Source: Acidobacteriota bacterium (lineage in GTDB: Bacteria > Acidobacteriota > UBA890 > WLXD01). Taken from it: a stretch of 64,000 nucleotides of DNA. Positions 39,169 to 49,177 of this stretch are shown piece after piece. Both the position numbers and the translations under genes were made by a program. The stretch spans positions 1,120,001 to 1,184,000 of the forward strand of contig CBDBHB010000008.1 of the NCBI GenBank assembly GCA_965205505.1, read 5' to 3'. The notes beneath the pieces are model-generated. The model did not search any database. It had not been told where the DNA came from and saw only the letters and a list, made by a program, of their open reading frames with translations. Positions within the stretch are counted from its first letter, which is position 1. Each line of letters opens with the position of its first letter.

Positions 39169-42057
39169 TCAGAAGGAGATTCGTGTCCCGAGCCTAAACT
39201 GCCGCCCGGGCAGCAGTGAGGTTGATGCCCGGGGTGACCCGACCGAGGAGCCTCCGGCCACGCGGAACGTTCGGTTGATTCGCTCGCTGACGCCGGTCGG
39301 GGAGAAGTTGTTGAGCAAGTTGAATCCGTCGACCATCAGCTCCAACCGGCCTTGCGCCCCCATATTGAAGGATTTCGACAACCGCAGATCGAGCTGATTG
39401 AGCGAGTCCCACGTCCTGCTGCCGATCTTCTCGATGTGTGTGCTGCCGTAGGGCATGTTGCGCAAAGCGGTAAGTCCCCCCGCTCGGCTGTTGTGATCTA
39501 CCTGGAGGTTCCACGGCCGACCCGACGACAGGTTCCAGTACATACCCGCAAGGATGTCTCCGGGCAGCCTGTAGTTGCCCAGTACCTTCCAGCTCCATTT
39601 CCTGCTGAAGCGCAACGGACCATCCATGGCGAACGGGTTGCCGTTGAAGTTCGGGTGGTTTGCCGCGTCGGGCCCCCACCCCCAGAGGCTCTCGCCGTCG
39701 CCATTCTCCAGCGTTCCCCTGTTGTTCTGGTAGGTGAGGGAGGTGCTGATGTTGAGACCGGAACCCGTTCGCCTTCGGTCCAGCGTCAGCGTCACGATAT
39801 CGTGCGTCCGCTTGTAGTAGTCGAGGTTGCCGAGAATGGGTTCGCGAAGGCCGTCATCTTTGGAATAGAGCGTCTGCGACGTCCCGGGCACCACGGTTCC
39901 GTCCGCTAACGTCGCGTCGGGGCTGGTGTAGTCGAAGGCCGTGTAGTTGTGCGTGATGGTGTCGATCGCCCTGATAAAGTTGCTGTCGTCTTTGTGGATG
40001 TAGTCGACCCCCACGACCCAGTCGTCGACGAACTCGTACTCGAATCCGATGTTGAAGATATCCGTGTGCATCCCCTGCACGCCTGGGGCGAGCGGAATTG
40101 TAGCGGCGTCGATCGAAACCAGGTTTTCGGGTTGGAAAACAAGCTCTTGCAGCACCAACAGTTCCGCGTCCGTCGGGTTGTTCGGGTCAGCCAACAAACC
40201 GTCAGGTATATCGAAGTAGTACGACGCGTAGGGTTGGTATGGGTCCTGGTACGCGGTGCCGCTGGCTGTAGAGACGTGTGAGATGACGCTCTTTTCGAAG
40301 TAGCGCCCCCAGCTGCCATGCGCAACGGCACGGCCATCACCGCCCAGGTCCCAGGTCCCACCAAAGCGTGGCGCCAAGTAGTTGAGCTGGTGCACCCAGG
40401 GAGCGCCGGTCGGCTTGCCGTCGAGTCTCTCGTGCCAGTTGGTCCTCTCAAAGCGCAGCCCGAGGTTGAGGGTGACGTTGTCGGTAACGGTAACGTCATC
40501 CTGAATAAAGGCTGCGGAGCTTACGGTTTGGCCCTCGAGGCCAATGTCGTAGATAGACCCGTATGTGTACGAGTAGCCATAATAGTTATAGGTAAACAGA
40601 CCCCCGAGGCCGGTATAACCAGCAATCCAGCTGGACCAACTGTCCTTGTACTGGAGACCGATCTTGGCGTCATGCGCGACGCCCAGGAAGTCGTCGACGT
40701 ATTGCGTCACCGTTCCCGAGATCTCTTTGCGGGCGTTGTCCTCGTCCTCCAGGAAGCCCCGGGTGATCCTCCTCGAGTTGTTAAACCAGTAGTCGGGTAG
40801 CTCGCAGCACACGAGCGGGAGGCGCAAGAAGTCCGCCGCATTTGATGCGAAGCGGAGATCGGTGAAGGTGTTGTCGCCCAGTTGGGATTGCCAGGACAAC
40901 AACAGGGTTATGCTGCCGTAGTCGGTATCCATGGCGACGTCGAGCGGTGAACCTGTTCGCAGGTCGCGGTTCGTCTCTCTGCCCGGATCGTTGTTGATCA
41001 TGAACCCGAACGTGTTGGTGTCGTTGAGCAAAAAATCTACCCTGCCGTGCATTGTCCATCTATCGTTACCCTGCTGGGCATCGTCGACGGCGATTCCGCC
41101 GTCAAGCCAGATCTGGTCGGCGACCACCGAATCGAGCGTCTCATTACGGCCGATGCTGCCGAAGAAGAGCAGCTTGTTGCGCACAATCGGGCCGCCGACA
41201 GTGACGGACCATTCGCGGTCGTAGGAGTACTTTCCGCGCTCGAGATCGATGATGCCGCCGGAGTTGTCGGATCTCAGAGAGCCGTTCTCGAAGTAGAAAG
41301 AGCCGCTGCCGTGAAACTCGTTGGTGCCCCCCTTGGTCACCAAGTTGATCATCGCGCCGGTGAACTCGCTGTGCTCGGCGCTGGCGCCGACACCGACAAT
41401 CTGGATCTCGGCGATCGTATCGACGTTCGGGTTGACCCAGGTGGTACCCCATTCGTTCTCGGTGATATCAACGCCGTTGAGCCGGTAGCCGTTGGTTGCC
41501 GAACCCACCCGATGCGCGCTGGTGCCCTCGGCGTGGTTGCCGCCGGCGCCATAGGCTCCCTTGTCGGCGAAGCCAGGGGCGAAGTTCGTCATGTCGGTGA
41601 AGTCACGCACCACCGGAACGTTTTCCAGCATATCCGCGCCGTATGACGTCGTAAGCGATGACGACTCGATGTCGATCAACGGCGTCTCGGAGACCACGGT
41701 TACCGTCTCTGAAACCCCCGCCAGCTCCAGCTCCGCAATCACGCTTGCGGTTGTGCCGACGCTCACCCGGACGTTGTAGGCCATCGTCTGGAACCCGGTG
41801 AGCGCGACCGTCACGATGTAACTTCCCGGCCTGAGATTACGGAACCGGAACTCACCCGCGACGTCGCTCGTCGCCGAGCGAGATGCCTCGATGAGGTTTT
41901 CTCCCTCGATGGTGGCTGTGGCACCGGGCAGCCCCGCACCATCCGCGTCCACAACCTCTCCGTCGACTATTCCGGTCAACTGGTCGCCCTGCGCCATTAC
42001 CTGGGCGGGGAGTATCAGCAACATAGCAACCGTCATGACGGCAAGCGTAGAACGCAT
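39169..42057 (-). CDS. TonB-dependent receptor (Oar-like), paralog 2
   Basis: Same architecture as 9807..12803; terminal RISF; GGAGG RBS. Confidence 0.92.
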   Translation of the reverse strand: MRSTLAVMTVAMLLILPAQVMAQGDQLTGIVDGEVVDADGAGLPGATATIEGENLIEASRSATSDVAGEFRFRNLRPGSYIVTVALTGFQTMAYNVRVSVGTTASVIAELELAGVSETVTVVSETPLIDIESSSLTTSYGADMLENVPVVRDFTDMTNFAPGFADKGAYGAGGNHAEGTSAHRVGSATNGYRLNGVDITENEWGTTWVNPNVDTIAEIQIVGVGASAEHSEFTGAMINLVTKGGTNEFHGSGSFYFENGSLRSDNSGGIIDLERGKYSYDREWSVTVGGPIVRNKLLFFGSIGRNETLDSVVADQIWLDGGIAVDDAQQGNDRWTMHGRVDFLLNDTNTFGFMINNDPGRETNRDLRTGSPLDVAMDTDYGSITLLLSWQSQLGDNTFTDLRFASNAADFLRLPLVCCELPDYWFNNSRRITRGFLEDEDNARKEISGTVTQYVDDFLGVAHDAKIGLQYKDSWSSWIAGYTGLGGLFTYNYYGYSYTYGSIYDIGLEGQTVSSAAFIQDDVTVTDNVTLNLGLRFERTNWHERLDGKPTGAPWVHQLNYLAPRFGGTWDLGGDGRAVAHGSWGRYFEKSVISHVSTASGTAYQDPYQPYASYYFDIPDGLLADPNNPTDAELLVLQELVFQPENLVSIDAATIPLAPGVQGMHTDIFNIGFEYEFVDDWVVGVDYIHKDDSNFIRAIDTITHNYTAFDYTSPDATLADGTVVPGTSQTLYSKDDGLREPILGNLDYYKRTHDIVTLTLDRRRTGSGLNISTSLTYQNNRGTLENGDGESLWGWGPDAANHPNFNGNPFAMDGPLRFSRKWSWKVLGNYRLPGDILAGMYWNLSSGRPWNLQVDHNSRAGGLTALRNMPYGSTHIEKIGSRTWDSLNQLDLRLSKSFNMGAQGRLELMVDGFNLLNNFSPTGVSERINRTFRVAGGSSVGSPRASTSLLPGRQFRLGTRISF

Positions 42058-42070
42058 TGCACCTCCTCCT

Positions 42071-42106
42071 GGGCAACGCCATCGCCCTGGGGCAACGCCA
42101 TCGCCC
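42071..42106. repeat. 17-bp direct repeat (period 19) just upstream of the TBDR2 RBS
   Basis: GGGCAACGCCATCGCCC at 42071 and 42090. Confidence 0.75.
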
Positions 42107-42429
42107 GAAATAAACGCAGCTGACCTTCTGGTGGGTAATAGCACCGCACCGACGCCGCTGTCAACGGAGTCGGGGTCCCACATCCCACGATAACCACCTG
42201 TACCTGAACGTCGGCCACGGTGGTTTCGAGGGTTGACCAACCATCAGGCTGCTGCCAACGTAGCCGGGCTCGAAGCTGCGAAGCCGACGATCAGAGCGAA
42301 CGCCCTCGGGAATCGAACGTGGGCAAGGAAGGGATCGAACCACGGCAAGGAGGCGAGGGATGATGACCTGACCCCCCAAAACGGATCCAGAGGTAATCTC
42401 ACGATCTGGGTCGAAAAGGGGAGGTCAGA

Positions 42430-42708
42430 ATGCCGACGAAGAGGCACAGCGCCGAGCAGATCGTACGCAAGCTCCGGGAGGCTGAAGTGGAGCTGGCGCA
42501 AGGCGGGACGGTCAAGGATGCCTGCCGCAAGCTAGCGATCACCGAGCACACCTACTATCGGTGGCGGCGGGAGTACGGGGGGCTGAAGGTCAACCAGGCC
42601 AGAAGGCTCAAGCAGCTGGAGAAAGAAAACGCCCGGCTCAAGAAACTGGTGGCGGAGAAAGAGCTCGACCTGTCGATCCTGAAGGAAGTCGCGGAGGGAA
42701 ACTTCTGA
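42430..42708 (+). CDS. IS3 transposase OrfA (HTH)
   Basis: [15 protein letters not shown]...[11 protein letters not shown]...[14 protein letters not shown]. Confidence 0.93.
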   Translation: MPTKRHSAEQIVRKLREAEVELAQGGTVKDACRKLAITEHTYYRWRREYGGLKVNQARRLKQLEKENARLKKLVAEKELDLSILKEVAEGNF

Positions 42709-43589
42709 GCCCAGCTCGACGGCGCGAGGCGGTGGCGCATGTACAGGGGCGGCTGGGCGTCTCCGAGAGGCGGGCGTGCCGGGTACTGAAACAACCACGC
42801 ACGACACACAGGTACATGCCAAGAGAACCGGGCGATGAGCAGATGTTGACGGAGCGGATCGTGGATCTAGCCCGACAATACGGGCGCTACGGGTATCGGC
42901 GAGTGACGGCGTTGTTGCGTATGGAGGGCTGGTGGGTGAACCACAAACGAGTGCAGCGTATCTGGAGGCGTGAGGGGCTGAAAGTACCGACAAAGCAGCC
43001 CAAACGAGCCCGGCTGTGGCTCAGCGATGGCTCGTGCATCCGGCTGCGACCACAGCGCAAAGATCACGTCTGGGCGTATGACTTCGTCCATCACCGGACG
43101 CACGAGGGTCGGGCTATGAGGCTGCTGACGATCGTCGATGAGTACACACGAGAAAGCCTGGCGATCGACGTGGCACGGAAGCTCAACTGTGAGGACGTGC
43201 TCGAGCGGCTCGGGTGGTTGTTCGTGCACCGGGGCATACCTGAGCACATCCGGTCCGATAACGGACCGGAGTTCACCGCCGAGGCGGTTCGCGACTGGCT
43301 CGGTAGGCTCGGTGTGGGCACGCTGTTCATCGAGCCGGGCTCGCCGTGGGAGAACGGCTACGTGGAGAGCTTCAACGGCAAGCTCCGAGACGAGCTGCTC
43401 AACGGCGAGATCTTCTACACGCTCAAGGAGGCAAAGGTTCTGATCGAGAGATGGAGGCAGCAGTACAACCGCATGCGACCGCACAGCTCGTTGGGCTACC
43501 GACCACCGGCCCCGGAGGCGCTGTTGTTGAAGCCGGCTACGCTCCGCTTCGCCGGCCTCAACAACCCCTTGTCAGCACCGAGTTACTGA
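42696..43589 (+). CDS. IS3 transposase OrfB (DDE integrase core), joined to OrfA by -1 frameshift
   Basis: Slippery G-GGA-AAC at 42696-42702; [42 protein letters not shown]. Confidence 0.92.
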   Translation, partial: GKLLSPARRREAVAHVQGRLGVSERRACRVLKQPRTTHRYMPREPGDEQMLTERIVDLARQYGRYGYRRVTALLRMEGWWVNHKRVQRIWRREGLKVPTKQPKRARLWLSDGSCIRLRPQRKDHVWAYDFVHHRTHEGRAMRLLTIVDEYTRESLAIDVARKLNCEDVLERLGWLFVHRGIPEHIRSDNGPEFTAEAVRDWLGRLGVGTLFIEPGSPWENGYVESFNGKLRDELLNGEIFYTLKEAKVLIERWRQQYNRMRPHSSLGYRPPAPEALLLKPATLRFAGLNNPLSAPSY

Positions 43590-43623
43590 GATAAGACGTG
43601 GTACTAACCGTGGGGTCAGGTCA

Positions 43624-45735
43624 ATGAGGCTGGGTCACCACAAGACGCTCTTGGTTTATCTGGTGGTCCTCCTGGCCTGTCTCGCGGCAGCGAAGGCGTT
43701 GATGGCCCATGGCGGTGAGGCACGTCTGGTCAAGCTCATGCCATGGCAAAGGGAGCGGGTTGTGCGGGTCCTGGCGGCGGAGCGCTCCGAGCTCGGGGTG
43801 CGGGGTTCCGATCGACGCATCGAGATGACGACGATCGGCGACCGATCCTGCGTCGTGGGCCCGGTCATCGCCTTGGACGTCGACGATGACTACGCCTTCG
43901 ATATCGACGAGCCCGTTGATCTGACGCTCACCTATGTCCCGGAGCTCACGGCGCCGTTCACCGTCGGCTGGGACCAGAACGGCGGTGCAGGCGTCGGCGT
44001 CTCGGAGCGCATCGAGCCAGAGCTGGGAGGCATGTTCCGCCGCCTGACGCTGACCCTCGATCGCGCCCGCCTGGCCGGTCAGGGTATCCGACACACCGAC
44101 ATCGCGGTCGGCGGGCAGGGTGGCATCGTGCTGTGCGACGTCGAGGTCGTGCGCAGCGACAGCACCGTCGCGGCGACGGCGTTTGGCCACCTGGAGCTAA
44201 CGGTGACGGATGCAGGCTCTGGGCTCCCGATCCCGGCACGGGTGGGCGTGTACGACTCGACCGGTCGCGCGCCGCTGCCGTCGGAGCAGGCACTGCTGGT
44301 GCACCGATTCACCGACGAGGTCCGTCTCATCTGGGTCAACGGCAGAACGCTGTGGCCGTCGGACAACCGTCAGGCGTTCTATGTGAACGGCGACTACGAG
44401 ACTCGCTTGCCGGTGGGTGCCTACGAGCTGTTCCTGACGCGAGGCCCCGAATACCGTGCGGTCCGCAGCAGCTTCGAAGTTCAGGAGAACGGCATCAGCA
44501 GAGTCGCTGTCGCGATGGAACGCTACGCCGACCTGCCGGCGCGCGGCTGGTTCTCCGGCGACTCCCACGTTCACATCCAGCGGCATAAGGTCGAGGACGA
44601 GGCCGTCTGGGGGCAACTGGCGGCCGAGGACGTTCATGTCGCCAACCTGCTGGAGATGGGCAACATCGCCGGTACTCACTTCAAGCAACCCGCCTGGGGC
44701 GAGGAGGGCCATTTCGGACGCGACAGCTACATGCTGGTCTCTGGCCAGGAAGACCCGCGAACCGTGCAGCGCGGCCACACAATCCATCACAATCTCTACC
44801 GCCCGTTCCATCAGGACCCGGACTCCTACTTCCTCTACCATCGCGTCTTCGAGGAGTCGCACCGGCAGGGGGGCATTTCGGGGTACGCGCACCTCGGGCA
44901 ACTGTTCAACGGCCGGCGGGGACTCGCCTTGGATGTGCCCTTCGGCATCGTCGACTTCATCGAGGTGCTGCAGGGCGGGCGTCTGTTCAGCGACATCTGG
45001 TACAGCTTTTTGAACCTCGGCTTCAAGGTGTTGCCGGTTGCAGGCGCCGACTTCCCCTACTTCGGACCGACCCTGCCCGGCGTCGAGCGCACCTACGTCA
45101 AACTGGATGGCCCGTTCAGCGTCGACGCGTTCTACGACGCGTTCCTGCGTGGCCGCGTGTTCGTCAGCAACGGCCCGTTCCTGGAATTCACCGTCAACGG
45201 TCATGAGATCGGCGAGGAGCTACGAGTCGAGCGTGGCGCCCGGCTGCAGATCGAGGCCGAAGCCTCGCTCAACCCGGACGTCGACCAGCTCGATCGATTG
45301 GAGCTGTTGGTGCATGGCGAGGTGGTGACATCGGAGCCGGCCGACGGGCGAGACCGTGTTCGGCTGCGCACGGAGATCACTGCAGACCGCAGCATGTGGC
45401 TCGCCGTTCGAGCCCTCGGCCAGCGCCAGGAGCGTCGCGACTCGATCGTCGCTCACAGCGCCGCGACCGTCGTCATCGTCGATGACGAGCCCTTCTGGAA
45501 AGCGGAGGCCGTGCCCGAGCTGGTTGCGCTTCAGCGCGCCCAGCTGCAGGAGCTGATGACGGCGCGGATCGCGCCAGATGACGATCTGGAGCCGTGGGAG
45601 ACTCGCTACCTGTTGCTGCAACAGTGGGAGCGACAGCGCTTGCTGCTGGAGCCCAGGGTGGAAGAAGCCGACGCCCGCTACCGCGATTTGCTGGAGCGTG
45701 TCGAGGCCTCACTGCGACGCGAGGATCACCGATGA
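43624..45735 (+). CDS. CehA/McbA-family (PHP-like) metallohydrolase, secreted
   Basis: RGPEY, GWFSGDSHVH, SGQED, GYAH, AGAD, FVSNGPFL. Confidence 0.82.
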   Translation: MRLGHHKTLLVYLVVLLACLAAAKALMAHGGEARLVKLMPWQRERVVRVLAAERSELGVRGSDRRIEMTTIGDRSCVVGPVIALDVDDDYAFDIDEPVDLTLTYVPELTAPFTVGWDQNGGAGVGVSERIEPELGGMFRRLTLTLDRARLAGQGIRHTDIAVGGQGGIVLCDVEVVRSDSTVAATAFGHLELTVTDAGSGLPIPARVGVYDSTGRAPLPSEQALLVHRFTDEVRLIWVNGRTLWPSDNRQAFYVNGDYETRLPVGAYELFLTRGPEYRAVRSSFEVQENGISRVAVAMERYADLPARGWFSGDSHVHIQRHKVEDEAVWGQLAAEDVHVANLLEMGNIAGTHFKQPAWGEEGHFGRDSYMLVSGQEDPRTVQRGHTIHHNLYRPFHQDPDSYFLYHRVFEESHRQGGISGYAHLGQLFNGRRGLALDVPFGIVDFIEVLQGGRLFSDIWYSFLNLGFKVLPVAGADFPYFGPTLPGVERTYVKLDGPFSVDAFYDAFLRGRVFVSNGPFLEFTVNGHEIGEELRVERGARLQIEAEASLNPDVDQLDRLELLVHGEVVTSEPADGRDRVRLRTEITADRSMWLAVRALGQRQERRDSIVAHSAATVVIVDDEPFWKAEAVPELVALQRAQLQELMTARIAPDDDLEPWETRYLLLQQWERQRLLLEPRVEEADARYRDLLERVEASLRREDHR

Positions 45736-47465
45736 AGAAGGTCGCCATGAATCGGATTTCGGACCTGGTTCTCCGTCTCATTGTCGTCGTAGGACTTGCC
45801 GTCTCGCTGACCGTCGCCGGAACGATGACAGGTTCCGAATCCGGCGCGTTTCAGGGAGCCCAACGCTTCGACGTGCTGATCAAGGGGGGACGTGTCTTTG
45901 ATGGCAGCGGCAACCCCTGGTTCCGCGCCGACGTCGGCGTGCGAGACGGCAAGATCGCCGCGATCGGCGACCTCTCCGACGCCGACGCCGCGCGTATCAT
46001 CGACGCCGCCGGTATGGCGGTGGCCCCCGGCTTCATCGACATCCACAGCCATTCGGACGGCACTCTGCCGGTCGATGGCACGGCGCAGAGCAAGGTTCGC
46101 CAGGGGGTGACGTTGGATGTCGGCGGTGAGCGAGCGTCGGTGGCTCCACTGGCCGGCGAAGTGCTGGAGGAACGGCGGAGCAGCGCCCGAAGCCAGGGCT
46201 ACGAGCTCGACTGGACCGATCTCGACGGTTACTTCGAGCACCTGCTGCGCAAGGGCATCTCGCTCAACGTCGCCATTAAGGTGGCACCTCAGCAGATCAA
46301 GCGCATCGTCGTCGGTGGGAGCGTCGAGCAGGCTGCCACCCCCGAACAGCTGGAGCGCATGAAGCAGCTGATCGTCGAGGCGATGCACGACGGCGCCATC
46401 GGCATCGCCAGCTGGTTCCGCGGCGGCGGCTATCGCTTCGCCGAGGAAATGATCCCGATGGCGCAGGCGGCGGTAGATCATGGCGCCGTGGTCTATGAAA
46501 CGCACGTCGGCAGCGAAGGCTACCAGCTCGAGGAAGAGCTGCAGAAAGCGATCGACATCGTCGAGCAGACGGGCCTGCCGGTGAGCATTGCCCACTTCAA
46601 GATTCGCGGACGCGCCATCTGGGATCGCCTGGAGCCCGCCATCCGCATGATCGAGGCGGCTCGCCAGCGCGGCCTCGACGTTACGGCCAACCAGTACCCC
46701 TACACGGCGATGACGCAGGGTTGGTCCAACTTCTTCCCGACCTGGGCGCGAGAGGCAGAGGACCTCGAGGAGCTCCTCGGGAGCACTGCCAACCGCGGCC
46801 GGATCCGCAACGATCCTGAATGGATCCAGTACTTCGAAGAGCACGGCGGTATCGAGGGCGTCGTCCTCTGCTGTCTTCGCAACGACAGCCCAGTCAAGCA
46901 ATACGACGGCATGAGCGTGGCGGAGATCGCCGCGCAGCGTGGAGACCCGGACCCGATCAACGCCCTCTTCGAAGTCGTGATGGAAAACGGTCGCTTCCCG
47001 GGCGGCATCCACCACAACCAATCGGAGGAGAACGTTCGCCGCATCATGGCGCTCCCGTGGGTGGCGATTGCTTCCGACGGTTGGGCGGTGCGTCCCGACG
47101 GCGTTCTGGGTGAAGGGGTCGTGCACCCTCGCCTCTACGGCACCTTCCCGCGGGTGCTTGGACGATATGTGCGCGACCAGCCGCTGCTGACCTTGGCAGA
47201 CGCGATCCGTAAGATGACCTCACTGCCAGCTCAGGTTCTGCGGCTCGAGGACAGGGGCCGGCTACTCCCGGGCTATTGGGCCGATATCGTCGTCTTCGAC
47301 CCCGGAACGGTCATCGACGTAGCGACCTACGAAGAGCCGCACCAATACTCGATCGGCGTCGACTATGTGCTGGTCAACGGGGTCGTTGTCATCGACGACG
47401 GAGAGCACACTGGTGCACGGCCCGGACAACCCGTGTATGGGCCCGGAAGGCGAGCCACGCATTGA
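45732..47465 (+). CDS. N-acyl-D-amino-acid deacylase (D-aminoacylase family), secreted
   Basis: APGFIDIHSHSD, QYPYTA, IASDG, HPRLYGTFPRVLGRYVR, AIRKMTSLPA. Confidence 0.9.
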   Translation: MKKVAMNRISDLVLRLIVVVGLAVSLTVAGTMTGSESGAFQGAQRFDVLIKGGRVFDGSGNPWFRADVGVRDGKIAAIGDLSDADAARIIDAAGMAVAPGFIDIHSHSDGTLPVDGTAQSKVRQGVTLDVGGERASVAPLAGEVLEERRSSARSQGYELDWTDLDGYFEHLLRKGISLNVAIKVAPQQIKRIVVGGSVEQAATPEQLERMKQLIVEAMHDGAIGIASWFRGGGYRFAEEMIPMAQAAVDHGAVVYETHVGSEGYQLEEELQKAIDIVEQTGLPVSIAHFKIRGRAIWDRLEPAIRMIEAARQRGLDVTANQYPYTAMTQGWSNFFPTWAREAEDLEELLGSTANRGRIRNDPEWIQYFEEHGGIEGVVLCCLRNDSPVKQYDGMSVAEIAAQRGDPDPINALFEVVMENGRFPGGIHHNQSEENVRRIMALPWVAIASDGWAVRPDGVLGEGVVHPRLYGTFPRVLGRYVRDQPLLTLADAIRKMTSLPAQVLRLEDRGRLLPGYWADIVVFDPGTVIDVATYEEPHQYSIGVDYVLVNGVVVIDDGEHTGARPGQPVYGPGRRATH

Positions 47466-47577
47466 GTGATCGACGCGGCGCTGGCCACGACAAGCTCCGT
47501 TTGCCGCAGGAGCAATCCGCCGGACGCGCGGTTAACTTGACGATGTCGTGGTGAAAGCGGCGCGCTTGTGCTTGCAT

Positions 47578-47603
47578 ATAGGTATCTGAGATAGGTATCT
47601 GAG
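47578..47603 (+). repeat. Perfect 13-bp tandem repeat upstream of Rieske copy 4
   Basis: ATAGGTATCTGAG x2. Confidence 0.8.
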
Positions 47604-47625
47604 CGTCTGGTCGCAAGAGAATGGC

Positions 47626-49167
47626 ATGAGCAAGCGAGACAGCAAGAACGAGAAGAGCCCCGAGCGAAAGAAGGTCAGCCGTCGCGACTTCGCCAAGTCG
47701 TCGGTTGCGGCAGGAGCCGCAGCAGTAGCGCTTCCCAAGGCGCTGCGTGGCGAGGCATTGGCAGAGAAGGGAACGTCGGCGGGCGCAAAGGCGGCGGCAA
47801 CCGCGGGCCGAGGCCCGATCACAATGCCGCCCGAGGTAGCATACGGCGGCTTGGATTTCGACGGACGCGACGTGCTCTTGGAGGACATCCTGTCACCGCC
47901 CGGCAAAGCGCCGAACTATCCAGGAGGATGGCAGGAGGGAACCACCATTCCGGCCGAGTACTACCTCGACGAGAAGCACTGGCTCAACGAGGAGCGCTTT
48001 CTCCGCGAGCACTTCTGGTTCATGGCCGACCACGAGAGCCGTATCGCCAATCCCGGCGACTACTTCCTCTTCGAGTTCGGGCGTGGCGACAGCGTGATCA
48101 TCCTGCGCGCCAACGACGGTGCCGTGAAGGCCTACCACAACGTCTGCCGGCACCGCGGATCGCGGATTTGCCTGCACGACCAGAACCTGCCCGGCTCGGC
48201 GACGGCCGACGGCAGACCGTCGGACCCCCGGCTGTCGGTGACACAGCAGGGACCGAGCGGTAACACGGCGGTCTTTCGTTGCCCCTATCACGCCTGGACC
48301 TACGATCTGGACGGCAAGCTGATCTCGTTCCCGACGGGGATGCCGGAGGGGTTCGACGAGGACCAGCACGGCCTGCACCCGGCCCACGTGCAGATGGTCG
48401 AAGGCTTCATCTTCGTCAGCCTGGCCGACGATGAGCCATCGGGGTTCGACGAGTTCGTGGCCAATTGGCGACGAACCTCCGAGTTCTACGGGACCGCCGG
48501 CCTGAAAGTAGCGGCTCGCACGCAACACCCGACCAGGGCCAACTGGAAGCTGGCGATCGAGAACTTCGAGGAGTGCTATCACTGCGAACCAGTGCACAAG
48601 TCGTTGGTGACGGTGCAGTGGTGGCAGCAAGCGCATGTGCTGAGCGACGAGCAAGTTGCCGACATCGCCGAGGAGGTGGCGCGGCACAATCACTCGGAGC
48701 TGCAACAGCAAGGTAACCAACAGCAGAACAGCTATACGATGAACCGCCACCTGGCTCCCGGCTACGTGACCGGCAGCCTCGATGGCAAGCCGGTGGCGCC
48801 GCTCATTCTCGATGAGTGGACCCACATGCGGCGCGGCGCCACGACCGGGTTCTCGACGTCGTTCTTCGCCGCCTACGATGATCACATCGCGGTCGCCCGG
48901 TTCACCCCACGAGACATCCTGATGACCGATGTCGAGATCTTCTGGCTGGTCAAGGGCGACGCCAAGGACGACGAGGTAGATGTGGAGCGCATGATGGAGC
49001 TCTGGGACGTCACCTACCGCGAGGATCTATGGATCGTCGAGAACAACCAGCACGGCATCCGGAACAGCCGCTACAACTACGCCGGCGGGCAGCCGTACGC
49101 CCGGCGTGAAGGCGGACCCGCGGGATTCATCAAGTGGTATATGACCGAGATAGCACCCCACGCTTGA
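47626..49167 (+). CDS. Rieske oxygenase alpha subunit with Tat leader, copy 4
   Basis: SRRDFAK; NVCRHRG...CPYHAWTY; ENFEECYHCEPVH; REDLW. Confidence 0.9.
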   Translation: MSKRDSKNEKSPERKKVSRRDFAKSSVAAGAAAVALPKALRGEALAEKGTSAGAKAAATAGRGPITMPPEVAYGGLDFDGRDVLLEDILSPPGKAPNYPGGWQEGTTIPAEYYLDEKHWLNEERFLREHFWFMADHESRIANPGDYFLFEFGRGDSVIILRANDGAVKAYHNVCRHRGSRICLHDQNLPGSATADGRPSDPRLSVTQQGPSGNTAVFRCPYHAWTYDLDGKLISFPTGMPEGFDEDQHGLHPAHVQMVEGFIFVSLADDEPSGFDEFVANWRRTSEFYGTAGLKVAARTQHPTRANWKLAIENFEECYHCEPVHKSLVTVQWWQQAHVLSDEQVADIAEEVARHNHSELQQQGNQQQNSYTMNRHLAPGYVTGSLDGKPVAPLILDEWTHMRRGATTGFSTSFFAAYDDHIAVARFTPRDILMTDVEIFWLVKGDAKDDEVDVERMMELWDVTYREDLWIVENNQHGIRNSRYNYAGGQPYARREGGPAGFIKWYMTEIAPHA

Positions 49168-49177
49168 GGAGAAAGCC

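Larger units (their letters stand above)
42364..43623 (+). mobile_element. IS3-family insertion sequence (probably IS407 group), 1260 bp, apparently intact
   Basis: TG...CA ends with 12-bp perfect IR TGACCTGACCCC; 4-bp target duplication ATGA (42360-42363 / 43624-43627); orfA/orfB. Confidence 0.95.

Noticed and set aside
42696-42708. OrfA/OrfB frame break as a pseudogene or novelty
   Set aside because: Standard IS3 programmed -1 frameshift
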